A stretch of DNA of 64,000 bases from Candidatus Hadarchaeota archaeon (GTDB taxonomy: Archaea; Hadarchaeota; Hadarchaeia; Hadarchaeales; JAGGTB01): assembly GCA_964608515.1 (NCBI GenBank), contig CAZSNS010000004.1, forward strand, positions 1,600 to 65,599, read 5' to 3'. Made by a program: the position numbers and the translations under genes. The notes under the pieces were generated by a model. The model ran no database searches, was not told the origin of the DNA, and worked only from the letters and a program-made list of their open reading frames with translations. This document shows, one piece after another, positions 8,681 through 18,864 of this stretch; the first letter of the stretch is position 1, and every line of letters begins with the position of its first letter.

Positions 8681-9724
8681 TTATCTTGTAACTTCCTGTT
8701 GTTTTATGAATTCGTAAAGTTCTCTAGCTTCTTCGTCTTCTTGGAAGTGTTTTCGGATCGGTTTTACTAGTTTGTTTATATATCTTGATACGTTTTTCTT
8801 GAGATCTAGAGGGTGGAGTTCCCCTTGACGATAATCTTTCTCTAATTCAGAATATTTTTCATAGTTGAGGTCTCCGCCATAATCGTCCTTCCTTTCAATT
8901 TTCACAGTGTCGAAACTTTTGAAAATCAAATGTTTGGTATAATCTAAGATAGGATTTCCTTTGACTTGTTTTTCGGGACAGTAAGCTCCTTCTATTTTTT
9001 CCCAAATTTCTTCTTCAGAATCATGAACAAAAATCGAAGTCGATGGTTTACTCTTACTCATTTTCTCCCCCCCACTTTCACCTTGCAAACCCATCAACAT
9101 GTGATGTGAAACAGTCACAGGCTTCTCCCTACCAATCTTAGGAGCAATATCCCTCGCCAACATGTTCGCCCGTCGCTGATCCTGCCCTAACTGGCACATG
9201 TCCACATCAAGATGAAAAATATCAGTAGCCTGCATGCTCGGATAAAAAACCCAGGCCGCAGGGTTTTCCCCAGCGCTTTCTCTACCAGCTATTTTCAGGG
9301 CTCTTTGGGTTCTGTTTAGGGTGTGGTTTTTGGCTATTTTTAGGACGGTTTTCCAATATTTTTGGTCCATTATTTCGGAGGACCATAATATTTCTACTTT
9401 GTCCATTGGGACTCCGGCGGCTTTCCAAACTTCGATGAAATACTTTCCGACTTTTTGAATTTTTTCTAAATCCCCGTCCATTTTTTCGTTGATCCAGGCG
9501 TACCAATCAGCTAATAATAGCTTGAATCTTACACCGGCTTTGATCATTTTTTTGAGGTTCATTGCTCTGTATACTCCGAAAGCTATGTGTGCTTGGCCGG
9601 ATGGTTCGAATCCGTCGTAGGCTGTGGGGTGTTTTTTTGTTTCGAGTAGTTCTTCTAGTTCTTCGTTTGTGATTATTTCTTCTCCTACGTCTTTGATTAG
9701 GTTGAGTCTTTTTGTTACGTTCAT
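8681..9724 (-). CDS. tyrS: tyrosyl-tRNA synthetase (archaeal type)
   Basis: 347 aa. KMSKS motif and a C-terminus closely resembling M. jannaschii TyrRS (GNPI..., GGDL..YE.LE, ELHP.DLK). Confidence 0.8.
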   Translation of the reverse strand: MNVTKRLNLIKDVGEEIITNEELEELLETKKHPTAYDGFEPSGQAHIAFGVYRAMNLKKMIKAGVRFKLLLADWYAWINEKMDGDLEKIQKVGKYFIEVWKAAGVPMDKVEILWSSEIMDQKYWKTVLKIAKNHTLNRTQRALKIAGRESAGENPAAWVFYPSMQATDIFHLDVDMCQLGQDQRRANMLARDIAPKIGREKPVTVSHHMLMGLQGESGGEKMSKSKPSTSIFVHDSEEEIWEKIEGAYCPEKQVKGNPILDYTKHLIFKSFDTVKIERKDDYGGDLNYEKYSELEKDYRQGELHPLDLKKNVSRYINKLVKPIRKHFQEDEEARELYEFIKQQEVTR

Positions 9725-9834
9725 TGTTTTCCCTTCTTGTTTTGACCGTTGTTATTTTTAATCTGTGTTTGTTGGGAAAATCTACTGTATTATTCCTTTT
9801 TATATGTCTTTTTCCCAAATTGAAGAGGGTGAAG

Positions 9835-10659
9835 ATGAAAAAGAAATCACGATCTATTGCAATTTCTTCCGGAAAAGGGGGAACCGGGAAGACGACACTC
9901 ACGGCAAACCTCGGAATAGCACTAGCAAACGAAGGCCACGATGTCACAATTTTGGACGGTGATCTTAGTATGGCGAATCTTGGAATAGTGCTGGGGATGA
10001 AAAATCCCGCGGTTAGCTTTCTTGATGTCATTTCTGGCGATGCAGAATATGAAGATGCGATATATGAGGATTACGGAGTGAAAGTAATTCCCACAGGTTT
10101 CAGGTTTGAAGACATTCACGAATCTCTATCAAAAGTCGATCAAGACTTAGTAGAAGAAACAATCTCAAAAATATTACGAGAAACCGAATTCTTACTCATA
10201 GACGCACCCGCCGGCATGACAGACACAGCAATCATCTCAATAGCAGCAGCAAGAGAAATGTTACCAGTCACAAATCCAAACTACTCAAGCCTAGTCGACT
10301 GTTACAAAACCATCCGTTTGGCAAATGTTGTAGATACTTGGACTAGGGGCCTGGTGGTAAACCGGATAGGAAGATCCTCAGACATATCAAAAGGAGAGAT
10401 AGAACACTTTATGGGAGAAACTTTAGGATCCCTAAAAATATTGTCAGAGATTCCAGAAGATGAAACAGTCCAAAAAGCGGAAAGAGCCGAAACACCAGTC
10501 ATCATTTACGAACCCGAGGCCCAGGCGTCAAGACAAATATATAAACTTGCAGAAGTCATAACCGGAGAATCAGACTTACCTTACAAACCTTTTGAAGACG
10601 CTGAGATAGACAAAACCGTTGAGAGACTCTCCCGAGCACTTACCGGTTCTAGAAATTAG
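9835..10659 (+). CDS. MinD/ParA-family P-loop ATPase
   Basis: Deviant Walker A SSGKGGTGKTT. The start was reassigned to the ATG at 9835; the track's N-terminal extension overlaps tyrS. Confidence 0.7.
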   Translation: MKKKSRSIAISSGKGGTGKTTLTANLGIALANEGHDVTILDGDLSMANLGIVLGMKNPAVSFLDVISGDAEYEDAIYEDYGVKVIPTGFRFEDIHESLSKVDQDLVEETISKILRETEFLLIDAPAGMTDTAIISIAAAREMLPVTNPNYSSLVDCYKTIRLANVVDTWTRGLVVNRIGRSSDISKGEIEHFMGETLGSLKILSEIPEDETVQKAERAETPVIIYEPEAQASRQIYKLAEVITGESDLPYKPFEDAEIDKTVERLSRALTGSRN

Positions 10660-10666
10660 CATTTTA

Positions 10667-11416
10667 TTATTGTTCGAAACTTTCGGAAGGGATTTTTGTA
10701 AATATTCCGCTTATCCATAAAACCAGAACTATAAATGAAACTATACTTCCTCCTATCAGTCCCAATTGCAAACTGGAAGATTGAAGTATTTGGGCCTGTT
10801 TTGTTCCTAAAAATCCTTCAATAATTGCACCAATTATAATTAATAAAACTACAGAAGGGATCAGATCTTTCACTTCCCTCCCGGCTTTCTTTAATGGTGT
10901 TGTTTTTCGGTTTAGCACTGTTTTGATGCTCCCGATTCCTAGTCTTATTCCACAAGTTGTGGCGATTACATAACCGGTGAGTTCGAAAACTCCGTGAGGT
11001 AATAAAAATGCTAATCCTTGTTGTAATGGCATGCTGGCTTGGGATGTTATATATCCTATCATAAACCCGTTTAACAGTAACGCATAGAGAGAAAAAAGGC
11101 CGAAAGCTGTTCCTAGGCCGATTATTTGTATCGTGCTTGTTAGGTTGTTTCTTGCTAGGAATGTTATCCATTCTATGATTGTTCTTTCCTTTTGTGATTG
11201 GTTTGTTAACATTCTTCTGAAGGGTTCTGTTTGTGATTCGACTAGTTCGTTGATTGGGTTTGAACCTACTTGGTTTGCAATTAGGGCTATTCCTATTGCT
11301 AGGCCGAATATTATTGTTACTGTGATAAGGATGTGTTTATTTTTTCGAATTGATTTTGGGAAGTTTTTTCCAAAACTTTTCTTGGCTTTTTCTTTGAGTG
11401 ACGTTTTTTCGGTCAT
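10667..11416 (-). CDS. SpoIIM-like / DUF95 family integral membrane protein
   Basis: Multiple TM helices and LPHGVFELTGYVIA block. The start was reassigned to ATG 11416 (MTEKTS); the track extension overlaps the upstream gene's 3' end. Confidence 0.45.
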   Translation of the reverse strand: MTEKTSLKEKAKKSFGKNFPKSIRKNKHILITVTIIFGLAIGIALIANQVGSNPINELVESQTEPFRRMLTNQSQKERTIIEWITFLARNNLTSTIQIIGLGTAFGLFSLYALLLNGFMIGYITSQASMPLQQGLAFLLPHGVFELTGYVIATTCGIRLGIGSIKTVLNRKTTPLKKAGREVKDLIPSVVLLIIIGAIIEGFLGTKQAQILQSSSLQLGLIGGSIVSFIVLVLWISGIFTKIPSESFEQ

Positions 11417-11499
11417 TGTTCCAGAGGATTTTTTGATTCTTATCAATAATGAAACCTGCGAATTAAAATAAAAAAGAAAGAAGTGGTGGAATGTCTTTT

Positions 11500-13110
11500 T
11501 TAATCTGTTAGGAGTCTTTCGTACATGTCTGAGTCTACTTCGTTCATCATCGGCAGGTCGGTTACTTCGGCTGCTCTTTCTGTTAGAGCTGCTAGGTCGT
11601 CTCTTCCTGCTAGTTCTAGATCCCATTTTCTAGTTCCTGCTAGTAGTTGTCTTAGTCCTACACCCATTCTGTCGTGTAGGTATGTGTAGACAGCGTGGGC
11701 TCCTGACGGAACCTTGTCATAATCATGACCGCATTCTTCTTTCAACTCGCTAGCTGTGATGTAGAATTTTTCTACTGTATCTCCGTATTTGTCTTCGAAC
11801 TGAGAAGGTAGATTGTCTTCTTCAGCCATCTCGGCGAAATAACTTCCTTTGAATGCAGCTGTTATCGGTGCTCTCGCCATAGTGATGGATTTCACATATG
11901 GACCGTCGCCGAAGTTGGACATGGCTAAAGATTTCAAGATTTGTGTTTCTTGGATAAATCCTCCTGCCATGCTAATGTCCGGGACGTATTTTCCTTTTTC
12001 GTCGAGTATTTTTGCACATTTCATAACTTGGGCTTGTAGATATACTGTAGGTGTACTCATTTCGTTCATCATCGGTACAGGGCTCATTCCTGTTCCTCCT
12101 CCAGCTCCGTCGAAAGTTACATAATCGACTTCTGCGTCGGAGGCTGCTCTCATTGTCCAAGCAACGTCGGCTGGTCTGTAGGCTCCGGTTTTTAGTGTTA
12201 CTTTTTTAGCTCCTTTTTCTCTCAACTGTTCGACGTCTTCCACGAAGTCTCTTCTTTCGGGCATACCTACCCTGCTGTGTCTTTCAAAGGAGTTGATAGT
12301 TCCGTCGCGATATGCTTCTTGAACTGCAGTCTTTTCCGGATCAGGTAGAACGATATATCCTCTATTTTTTAATTCAATAGCTCTATCAATGTCGTCAGTT
12401 CTAACTTCTCCTCCGATAGCCTTTGCGCCTTGGCCCCATTTTCTTTCGATTACGTTTACTTCTAGGTCTGATATTGCGTATTCGTCTACTCCTAGTCTTT
12501 CGTCTTCTACGTTTGTTTGTACGGATACGTCTCCGTGTTTTCCGTCCCAGAATTCTCTGTATTTTTCTATTCTGTATTCAAGATCTGGAGATTTCTCTAT
12601 TTTTCCGTTTGAGAATTTTGCGTCCGGGTCCATTCCGCAAACGTTTTCGCCGATTACTAATATTGCTCCGGATAGTGCTGCTCCTATAGATAGGGCGTCC
12701 CAGTGCCTTTTGGCGACTTGGGTTGATCCATAGGCTCCGGATGCTATGGGCACTTTTAGAGGTATTCCACCCATTTCTGATGAAATATCTACGTTTTTGA
12801 ATATCGCTTCGTCTGGATCTTCTTCGATTCCTCTAGCTCCTCTGAGTCTTGATAAGATGTTTATGTCTGACCAGTCGAGTCCGTAGTTTTTGAGTGATGC
12901 TGCTGTGCTAGTTCCGAATTCTTCTGGTTCTGGGTATAGTACTTCTCTTCCGCGAAAAGCGGAGAGGCTTATTTCACAAAGCACTGGACATTCTTCGATA
13001 CATATAGGACACATGCCACTAGTCGGACTTACGTCTTGTACTCTGGTTCTTGTTCCTGTAGTTGACATTCCGTTTAGATATGATGAATCTTCTGGCACTC
13101 TAGAAGCCAT
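11500..13110 (-). CDS. archaeal glutamate synthase large-subunit-like FMN-binding domain protein (GltB family)
   Basis: 536 aa. GltB central-domain-like blocks and a Cys cluster CPICIEECPVLC. Confidence 0.65.
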   Translation of the reverse strand: MASRVPEDSSYLNGMSTTGTRTRVQDVSPTSGMCPICIEECPVLCEISLSAFRGREVLYPEPEEFGTSTAASLKNYGLDWSDINILSRLRGARGIEEDPDEAIFKNVDISSEMGGIPLKVPIASGAYGSTQVAKRHWDALSIGAALSGAILVIGENVCGMDPDAKFSNGKIEKSPDLEYRIEKYREFWDGKHGDVSVQTNVEDERLGVDEYAISDLEVNVIERKWGQGAKAIGGEVRTDDIDRAIELKNRGYIVLPDPEKTAVQEAYRDGTINSFERHSRVGMPERRDFVEDVEQLREKGAKKVTLKTGAYRPADVAWTMRAASDAEVDYVTFDGAGGGTGMSPVPMMNEMSTPTVYLQAQVMKCAKILDEKGKYVPDISMAGGFIQETQILKSLAMSNFGDGPYVKSITMARAPITAAFKGSYFAEMAEEDNLPSQFEDKYGDTVEKFYITASELKEECGHDYDKVPSGAHAVYTYLHDRMGVGLRQLLAGTRKWDLELAGRDDLAALTERAAEVTDLPMMNEVDSDMYERLLTD

Positions 13111-13253
13111 TTTTATCCTCTTCCCGCATTAGATAGTCTTCTTTTTATTACTTTTGAGAAAGAAATAGGAAACCTTTTTCCTAAGAATCATCTTGCCTAA
13201 AACCCAAAAATCATATTACCACAACAAACAAACAAAAAAATTAGAGAAAAAAC

Positions 13254-14378
13254 ATGACATCAAACAAAATCGGCCTAATAGTAAACCCTATAGCAGGTAT
13301 GGGTGGCAAAGTCGGATTAAAAGGAACAGACGGTCCTGAAATAGTAGAAAAAGCCCGAGAATTAGGCGCGGACCCTGTAGCTCCGGAAAGAGCGGTTAAA
13401 GCATTAGAGAAATTAAAAGAATCAGATATAAACTTCAATATTTTCACCTGTTCTAACGAAATGGGGGAAAAAGAAGCTGAAGAGGCTGGTTTAGAGTTTA
13501 AAATAATTTATGATATTGAATCAGGAAAAACAAATCCTGAAGATACTAAAAGAGCAGCTAAAAATTGTCTGGAGAAAGAAGTAGATATAATTTTATTTGC
13601 TGGTGGTGATGGAACCGCTAGAGATATCCTTGAAGTTATAGATCAAGAAATTCCAATGCTGGGCATTCCCACAGGTGTCAAAATGCATTCAGCAGTTTTT
13701 GCAAATACTCCCGAAATCGGAGGAAGATTAGTAGCTAGATATTTACACGGAAATGGGCTTCCGTTGAGGGAGGCAGAGGTTGTTGACGTCGATGAAGACG
13801 CTTTCCGCCGCAACGAATTGGATACAGATTTGAAAGGTTATGGAAAATCTCCCTATGATCCTAGCTGGGTTCAGGCAGCAAAGTCCCCAACAGTCACATC
13901 CGGTTCAGAGGTTGAAGATCAAGAATCTATAGCAGAATGGATAGTTGAACAAATGGAAGAAGATCGATTATATGTTTTAGGGCCTGGCACCACTACTCGA
14001 GCTGTTGCAGAAGAATTGGGAATTTCAGAATTCACATTATTAGGAATAGATTTGGTTAAGAATGGAAATCTTGTAGCTGGGGATGTTAGGGAAAAAGAAA
14101 TTTTAGAAAAATTAGAACAAAACCCCGAAGCTACCATAATAGTTAGCCCTATCGGTAAACAAGGATTTATCTTCGGTCGGGGGAACCAACAAATCAGTCC
14201 AAAAGTAATCAGAGAAGTGGGTACTGACAATATTCTGATTCTAGCTACTCCGGGCAAACTGGCTGAGACTCCCCAGCTTAAAGTTGACACTGGAGATTCA
14301 GATTTAGACGAAGAATTCCGAGGTTATGCGAGAGTGATTCTAGACTACGGCACGAAAAGACCGATTCCAGTGACTTGA
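13254..14378 (+). CDS. ATP-NAD kinase family protein (NadK-like)
   Basis: 374 aa. IGLIVNPIAGMGG N-terminus and GGDGT motif (FAGGDGTARD). Confidence 0.5.
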   Translation: MTSNKIGLIVNPIAGMGGKVGLKGTDGPEIVEKARELGADPVAPERAVKALEKLKESDINFNIFTCSNEMGEKEAEEAGLEFKIIYDIESGKTNPEDTKRAAKNCLEKEVDIILFAGGDGTARDILEVIDQEIPMLGIPTGVKMHSAVFANTPEIGGRLVARYLHGNGLPLREAEVVDVDEDAFRRNELDTDLKGYGKSPYDPSWVQAAKSPTVTSGSEVEDQESIAEWIVEQMEEDRLYVLGPGTTTRAVAEELGISEFTLLGIDLVKNGNLVAGDVREKEILEKLEQNPEATIIVSPIGKQGFIFGRGNQQISPKVIREVGTDNILILATPGKLAETPQLKVDTGDSDLDEEFRGYARVILDYGTKRPIPVT

Positions 14379-14489
14379 AACTCTAAAATTTTTCCAATCT
14401 CAAAAACAAATCTTTACTATCCTAACAATCAATACTGTAAAAAAGGTGAAAACCCTCTTTTAGAAAGTATTCTCTAAAAAGGTGAATAA

Positions 14490-15947
14490 ATGAAAAACAA
14501 GCTCATAAAAATACTTCCAATTATTATCATTACAGTTTTGATTTCTTACCCTTCAGTAACAGGGGTCGAAAATTCTCATTCCCAAGAATACGAACATGTG
14601 AAGACTTTAACAAACATCGGACCGCGCCTTGCTGGAACGGAAGCGGAAGATGAAGCAGTCCAGTATATTGAAAACGAATTCAAAAACTACGGATTATCCA
14701 CGAACGTTAAAAAATTCCAACTGGAAAACGGTTACATTTTCAAAAAAGGACAATTATCAATCCAAACCCCCTTCAAAGAAAACCTAAAATTTTCACCCCT
14801 CATAAGATCCCCACCCACACAAGGAGAAATAATAGACAATCTAATATACCTCGAAAACGTTCCAGAAAACACAACATCCCTCCAAGACCAAATAATCCTA
14901 ACCCGAAAAAAGAACATATTCGAAATCAAAAAAACACCCACCCAAGCAACAATACTATTCCAAGAAAACAAACCCGACTGGTCAAATATTTGGCCCCCGG
15001 ATTCTTTGAAATCCCCAACTGTGACGGTTTCTTATGAAACAGCTGAATTTTTGATTAAGTTGTTGGAGGGTTCTGATGTGGATAATGTAACGGTTAAGCT
15101 TGAGTTAGATTCGGAGATGAAAACTCTCACTTCACATAATGTGATTGCTACTCTTCCGGGGGAGATCGATGAGACGATAATTGTGAGTGCTCATCATGAC
15201 TCTGTTTTGACGCCAGGGGCTATTGATGATGGCACAGGTGTGGCGATTTTGTTGGAGACTGCTAGAGAATTATCTGACGAGAATTTGTTAAGGACTGTGA
15301 AATTCGTTTCTTTTGGAGCTGAAGAGTATGGACTTATCGGCAGTAAGGAATTTGTTGAGGATGTTGAAAAGGATAAGATTGCAGGTGTTTTAGATTTCGA
15401 TGTTATTGGTCCTGGGTCTTCAAATGGTTTGAGGATTGGTGTTAGAGATTATTTTGAGAAGAGTACTACCCGTTGGCTTGATGTGTATGTTGGAAATGTT
15501 GCTGAGGATAAAGGGTTGAGTTATTCTTTTGGGACTTTCGAGGAGGTGAATGGTTATAGTGATTATGTTAGTTTTATTGAGAAGAATATTCCGGCGACTT
15601 GGATATATTGGGTGTCGGATCAGGATGATGATCCTTTGTGGATGGTTCATACTTCTGAAGATAATTTGGATTTAGTGAGTGAGAATAATTTGAAAGTTAC
15701 TTCTCGTTTTTCTGTTAATTCGGTTACCAGTCTTAGTACTGGCAGAACTCGCGGTTGGTTTTGGGATTATGGTTCGCCTGAAAAAATTTCGATATTTTTG
15801 ATTTTTTCTTCCGCACTTGTTATTGTAGGGATTGCTGGTTCAAGTTATTTGCGTTATGTTCGGAAGAGAAAAAATTGGTTATTGGTGGTCGAGACGGGAT
15901 TGCTTGTGACGATTGGAATATTTGTTTTATATTTCTGGCTGTTTTGA
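14490..15947 (+). CDS. M28-family zinc aminopeptidase, signal peptide plus C-terminal TM anchors
   Basis: HHDSV, DDGTGVA and GAEEYGLIGS metal-ligand blocks typical of M28. Hydrophobic N- and C-termini. Confidence 0.65.
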   Translation: MKNKLIKILPIIIITVLISYPSVTGVENSHSQEYEHVKTLTNIGPRLAGTEAEDEAVQYIENEFKNYGLSTNVKKFQLENGYIFKKGQLSIQTPFKENLKFSPLIRSPPTQGEIIDNLIYLENVPENTTSLQDQIILTRKKNIFEIKKTPTQATILFQENKPDWSNIWPPDSLKSPTVTVSYETAEFLIKLLEGSDVDNVTVKLELDSEMKTLTSHNVIATLPGEIDETIIVSAHHDSVLTPGAIDDGTGVAILLETARELSDENLLRTVKFVSFGAEEYGLIGSKEFVEDVEKDKIAGVLDFDVIGPGSSNGLRIGVRDYFEKSTTRWLDVYVGNVAEDKGLSYSFGTFEEVNGYSDYVSFIEKNIPATWIYWVSDQDDDPLWMVHTSEDNLDLVSENNLKVTSRFSVNSVTSLSTGRTRGWFWDYGSPEKISIFLIFSSALVIVGIAGSSYLRYVRKRKNWLLVVETGLLVTIGIFVLYFWLF

Positions 15948-15997
15948 GCCGTCTAACTTTTTAGTGCTCTCGGTGAAATAGTTTCATAAGGAAGATA

Positions 15998-17185
15998 ATG
16001 TACGAGGATATGTTTGAGGAAGAGATGGGAAAAGAGTCGATTTTTAAAGACCAGTCGATACTTTCTCCGGATTATGTACCTGAAAAGCTTGTTCATAGGG
16101 AAGAAGAGTTTAGGGAATTGGTACAACTGTTCAAACCCGTGTTGGAGGATGAAGCAAGTCAGAGAGTTCTAATCTCAGGCTCTGTTGGGGTTGGAAAAAC
16201 GGCTCTTGCTTCAAGATTTGGCGAGGTATTGGAAAAAGAAGCTAAAAAGAGAGACATGAATCTCACTTATGTTCATGTGAACTGTCGTAAACAGGGAACT
16301 CCTCAGATGGTTCTTCACGATTTGGCTTCTAATTTCCCCCTTACTGTTCCGAAGAGAGGTTTTGCCCCGCAAGAAATCATGAATCATGTGATTGACCATC
16401 TGGAGAAGAAAGATGTTTACCTAACGGTTACTCTGGACGAGTTAGATTACTTTATACGGCAAAACGGTCCCGATTTACTATACTCACTTTCCAGAGCTGC
16501 TGAAGAATCTGACGCGCAGAACAGGGTTAGCATAATAGCTACCTCCTTCTCACCAGACTTTTTGGAAACACTGGACGAAGCAACCCGAAGCACATTCATG
16601 CATAATCTGATAGAAATGGACAAGTATAACTCAGAACAACTCTTCGACATTCTTAATGAGAGAGCAGAAAAAGCCTTCAAACCAGGCACGGTCAAGGAAG
16701 AAACGCTCGATCTAATATCGAATATTGCATCAAGGAGAGGAGATGCAAGATTTGCTTTAGAATTATTATGGTTTTCAGGAAGGATAGCTAACAAAGGAAA
16801 CAAGGAAAATGTCTCACCTAACCATGCAAGAAAAGCAAAATCGGAAATAAATCCAGAAATTAGAAAAGACGTACTCCAAGACCTAAAAAAACACGAGTTA
16901 TTATCTTTACTAGCAATTTCCCGTCGTTTAAAAATTTCTGACGAAGCCTTCGCTCTCACAGGGGATGTAAAAGAAGCTTATAAGATAGTTTGCGAAGAAT
17001 ATGAAGAAGAACCTAGAAAACACGTACAATTCTTGTCCTATATAGACAAACTGGAAAACCTAGGACTGGTAGACACAGAAGAATCCAGAGGCGGACACAG
17101 AGGTCAAAGCCAAAAAATCAGCATATCAGACGCACCACCAGACCTGATGGAAGAAGAAATACAAAAAATCCTAAACAAAAAATAA
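15998..17185 (+). CDS. cdc6: Orc1/Cdc6 replication initiator
   Basis: 395 aa. Walker A GSVGVGKT, AAA+ plus a C-terminal winged helix. Confidence 0.85.
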   Translation: MYEDMFEEEMGKESIFKDQSILSPDYVPEKLVHREEEFRELVQLFKPVLEDEASQRVLISGSVGVGKTALASRFGEVLEKEAKKRDMNLTYVHVNCRKQGTPQMVLHDLASNFPLTVPKRGFAPQEIMNHVIDHLEKKDVYLTVTLDELDYFIRQNGPDLLYSLSRAAEESDAQNRVSIIATSFSPDFLETLDEATRSTFMHNLIEMDKYNSEQLFDILNERAEKAFKPGTVKEETLDLISNIASRRGDARFALELLWFSGRIANKGNKENVSPNHARKAKSEINPEIRKDVLQDLKKHELLSLLAISRRLKISDEAFALTGDVKEAYKIVCEEYEEEPRKHVQFLSYIDKLENLGLVDTEESRGGHRGQSQKISISDAPPDLMEEEIQKILNKK

Positions 17186-17194
17186 CCCAAAACC

Positions 17195-17286
17195 GGGGCG
17201 GTAGTCTAGCTAGGTTTCGGACACCAGCTTCGGGACCAACAAGGCGAAAAAGCTGGAGATCCGGGGTTCGAATCCCCGCCGCCCCA
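17195..17286 (+). tRNA. tRNA-Pro (anticodon CGG) with a 16-nt intron at canonical position 37/38
   Basis: Hand-folded cloverleaf: acceptor GGGGCGG/CCGCCCC, D-stem GTCT/GGAC, anticodon stem CCAGC/GCTGG, loop TTCGGG[intron 17235-17250]A, T-arm CGGGG-TTCGAAT-CCCCG, discriminator A. No encoded CCA. Confidence 0.7.
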
Positions 17287-17301
17287 TCGCACCAAAGGTT
17301 C
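17275..17301 (+). repeat. direct repeat DR1 (3' end of tRNA-Pro plus 15 bp trailer); putative attL
   Basis: CCCGCCGCCCCATCGCACCAAAGGTTC. Repeated at 36903-36929 (26/27 identical) and partly at 37825-37846. Confidence 0.8.
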
Positions 17302-17396
17302 GAATCTTTCCCAATTTTTAGTGAAGGAAAAGGGTCAAGGGGGTTTCAACCTTAAGGACTGTTACAAATCGATTGGAAAAGCCGAATAGTCTCGGA

Positions 17397-17422
17397 TTTT
17401 TTGTTATGGGTGTAACAAAAAA
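17397..17422 (+). repeat. 25-bp palindromic element, copy 6
   Basis: Exact match, 110 bp downstream of the tRNA and abutting the 3' end of the wHTH gene. Confidence 0.9.
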
Positions 17423-17431
17423 TTACTCATT

Positions 17432-17743
17432 TTACTGAGTTTCAACACCAGCGTTTATCATTTCGTTCCATTTTTCTATAACCTCTTGACCATTCTCAGT
17501 TATGGAGAGGACATCACTGTCTTTTCTCCCTATTTCTGGTTCGTCCTTTGCTTCTATAAGATTCATGTCAATTAGTTTTTCTATCCTATCGTAGAGGGTT
17601 TCGTAAGATCCTCCTATTTTTTTCTGTATTTCGGATAATATTCTCTTTTCCTTCTTAACGAATCGAAGAATTTCCACTGTTTTTGAGTTTCGGAGTAGTT
17701 CTTCTAATTTCCGCCTTTTTCTATCTGCAAGTTTTCTACTCAT
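17432..17743 (-). CDS. small winged-helix DNA-binding regulator
   Basis: 103 aa. wHTH-like core (VEILRFVKKEKRILSEIQKKIGGSYETLYDRIEKLIDMNLIE). It is divergent from the ImmA-like gene. Confidence 0.4.
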   Translation of the reverse strand: MSRKLADRKRRKLEELLRNSKTVEILRFVKKEKRILSEIQKKIGGSYETLYDRIEKLIDMNLIEAKDEPEIGRKDSDVLSITENGQEVIEKWNEMINAGVETQ

Positions 17744-17928
17744 TTCATTTCATAATTAATATCCTAAATAAATAAAGTTTACTTAATATGTAAATATTTG
17801 CTCTTATTAGTTTACATATTTACGATATCCGTAAAGAATTAGTTTACATATGGTGTTAAATAGACCAAATAAAGCAAAATTTAAGCGTTAAATATAAATA
17901 ACAGGTAAAGTAAACTTTCTAATGAATT
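17744..17928. promoter_or_regulatory. divergent promoter/operator region with a repeated GTTTAC-containing motif
   Basis: 13-bp direct repeat TTAGTTTACATAT at 17807-17819 and 17839-17851. Inverted AAAGTTTACT (17774-17783) and AGTAAACTTT (17909-17918). The region is very AT-rich. Confidence 0.4.
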
Positions 17929-18849
17929 ATGAAGGCTAAAGAATCTCTATATGATGAATTTGAATGCCTTAGAGTTGGCGAGGGTTTTTCAGAGAAGGAG
18001 GCATTTAGGGAAATTTTAAATCGAGAAGTTAGAAGTAAGTTTACAGATTTAATGAAGGAAATAGAAGACGAGAGGATGTCGCCACCATTTGATTTAAAAA
18101 AAGTGGCTGAAGATTTAGTTTCTCAAGATATAGGAGAAAAAATAGAAGTAATTGAGGAGGATCTTGCTAGAGCCGGTTATGTACGGGAAGATTTTGACAA
18201 TGACGATGGTAAAATAATACATATTGATAAGGATGCTCCGACTTATAGAAAGAATTTTACTTTGGCTCATGAAATTGGACATATATATGGACACCTTATT
18301 ATGAAAAGAAATAAGATAGTCGAATTACGCAAAAATTTAGAAGAAGAATTTTTGGATAATATTGTCGAAAATGTTATGGATGATTTTGCTGGAAGCTTGT
18401 TAATGCCGAAAGGATATATAGAAGATATTGAAGATGAGATAAATAACAATTTGAACTACGATACTCTTATGGATATTTCTAAAAAGTTTAGTGTAAGCAA
18501 GCAGTCTCTAATTATAAGGTTAAATGAATTGGATATACTGGAACATCCTAATATCATTATTCTATTTAAGAATACTTTTTATTTTGACAAAAGGAAACCA
18601 GAAAAGATGAATAGAGATAGGGCTTGGCGTGTTTATTGTCGATCTACCCCTTCCGGATTATTTATCCCAGTCAACGCAAAGGCGGCATCTCTGGGTTTTG
18701 ATGTTGATTATTGGGAAGAGATAAATAGAAGTAATTTTGCCATGCAGGATTTGATAAAAATTGATGGTAATGAAATTGAATTAATCTATAAAGCAAGAAG
18801 GAACAAAAAGTATAGAACTTTACTTAGTTTTGGGAAGATAAGGAAATGA
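17929..18849 (+). CDS. ImmA/IrrE-like HExxH zinc metallopeptidase domain protein
   Basis: 306 aa. LAHEIGHIYGHL (HEIGH). Paired divergently with a small HTH regulator, as in ImmR/ImmA modules of mobile elements. Confidence 0.4.
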   Translation: MKAKESLYDEFECLRVGEGFSEKEAFREILNREVRSKFTDLMKEIEDERMSPPFDLKKVAEDLVSQDIGEKIEVIEEDLARAGYVREDFDNDDGKIIHIDKDAPTYRKNFTLAHEIGHIYGHLIMKRNKIVELRKNLEEEFLDNIVENVMDDFAGSLLMPKGYIEDIEDEINNNLNYDTLMDISKKFSVSKQSLIIRLNELDILEHPNIIILFKNTFYFDKRKPEKMNRDRAWRVYCRSTPSGLFIPVNAKAASLGFDVDYWEEINRSNFAMQDLIKIDGNEIELIYKARRNKKYRTLLSFGKIRK

Positions 18850-18864
18850 ATAACATTTCTTGCT

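Noticed and set aside
14365-14385. TTCCAGTGACTTGAAAC half-match to the ORB dyad at the end of the NadK-like gene
   Set aside because: There is no G-string or partner box. It lies inside coding sequence and is probably fortuitous.
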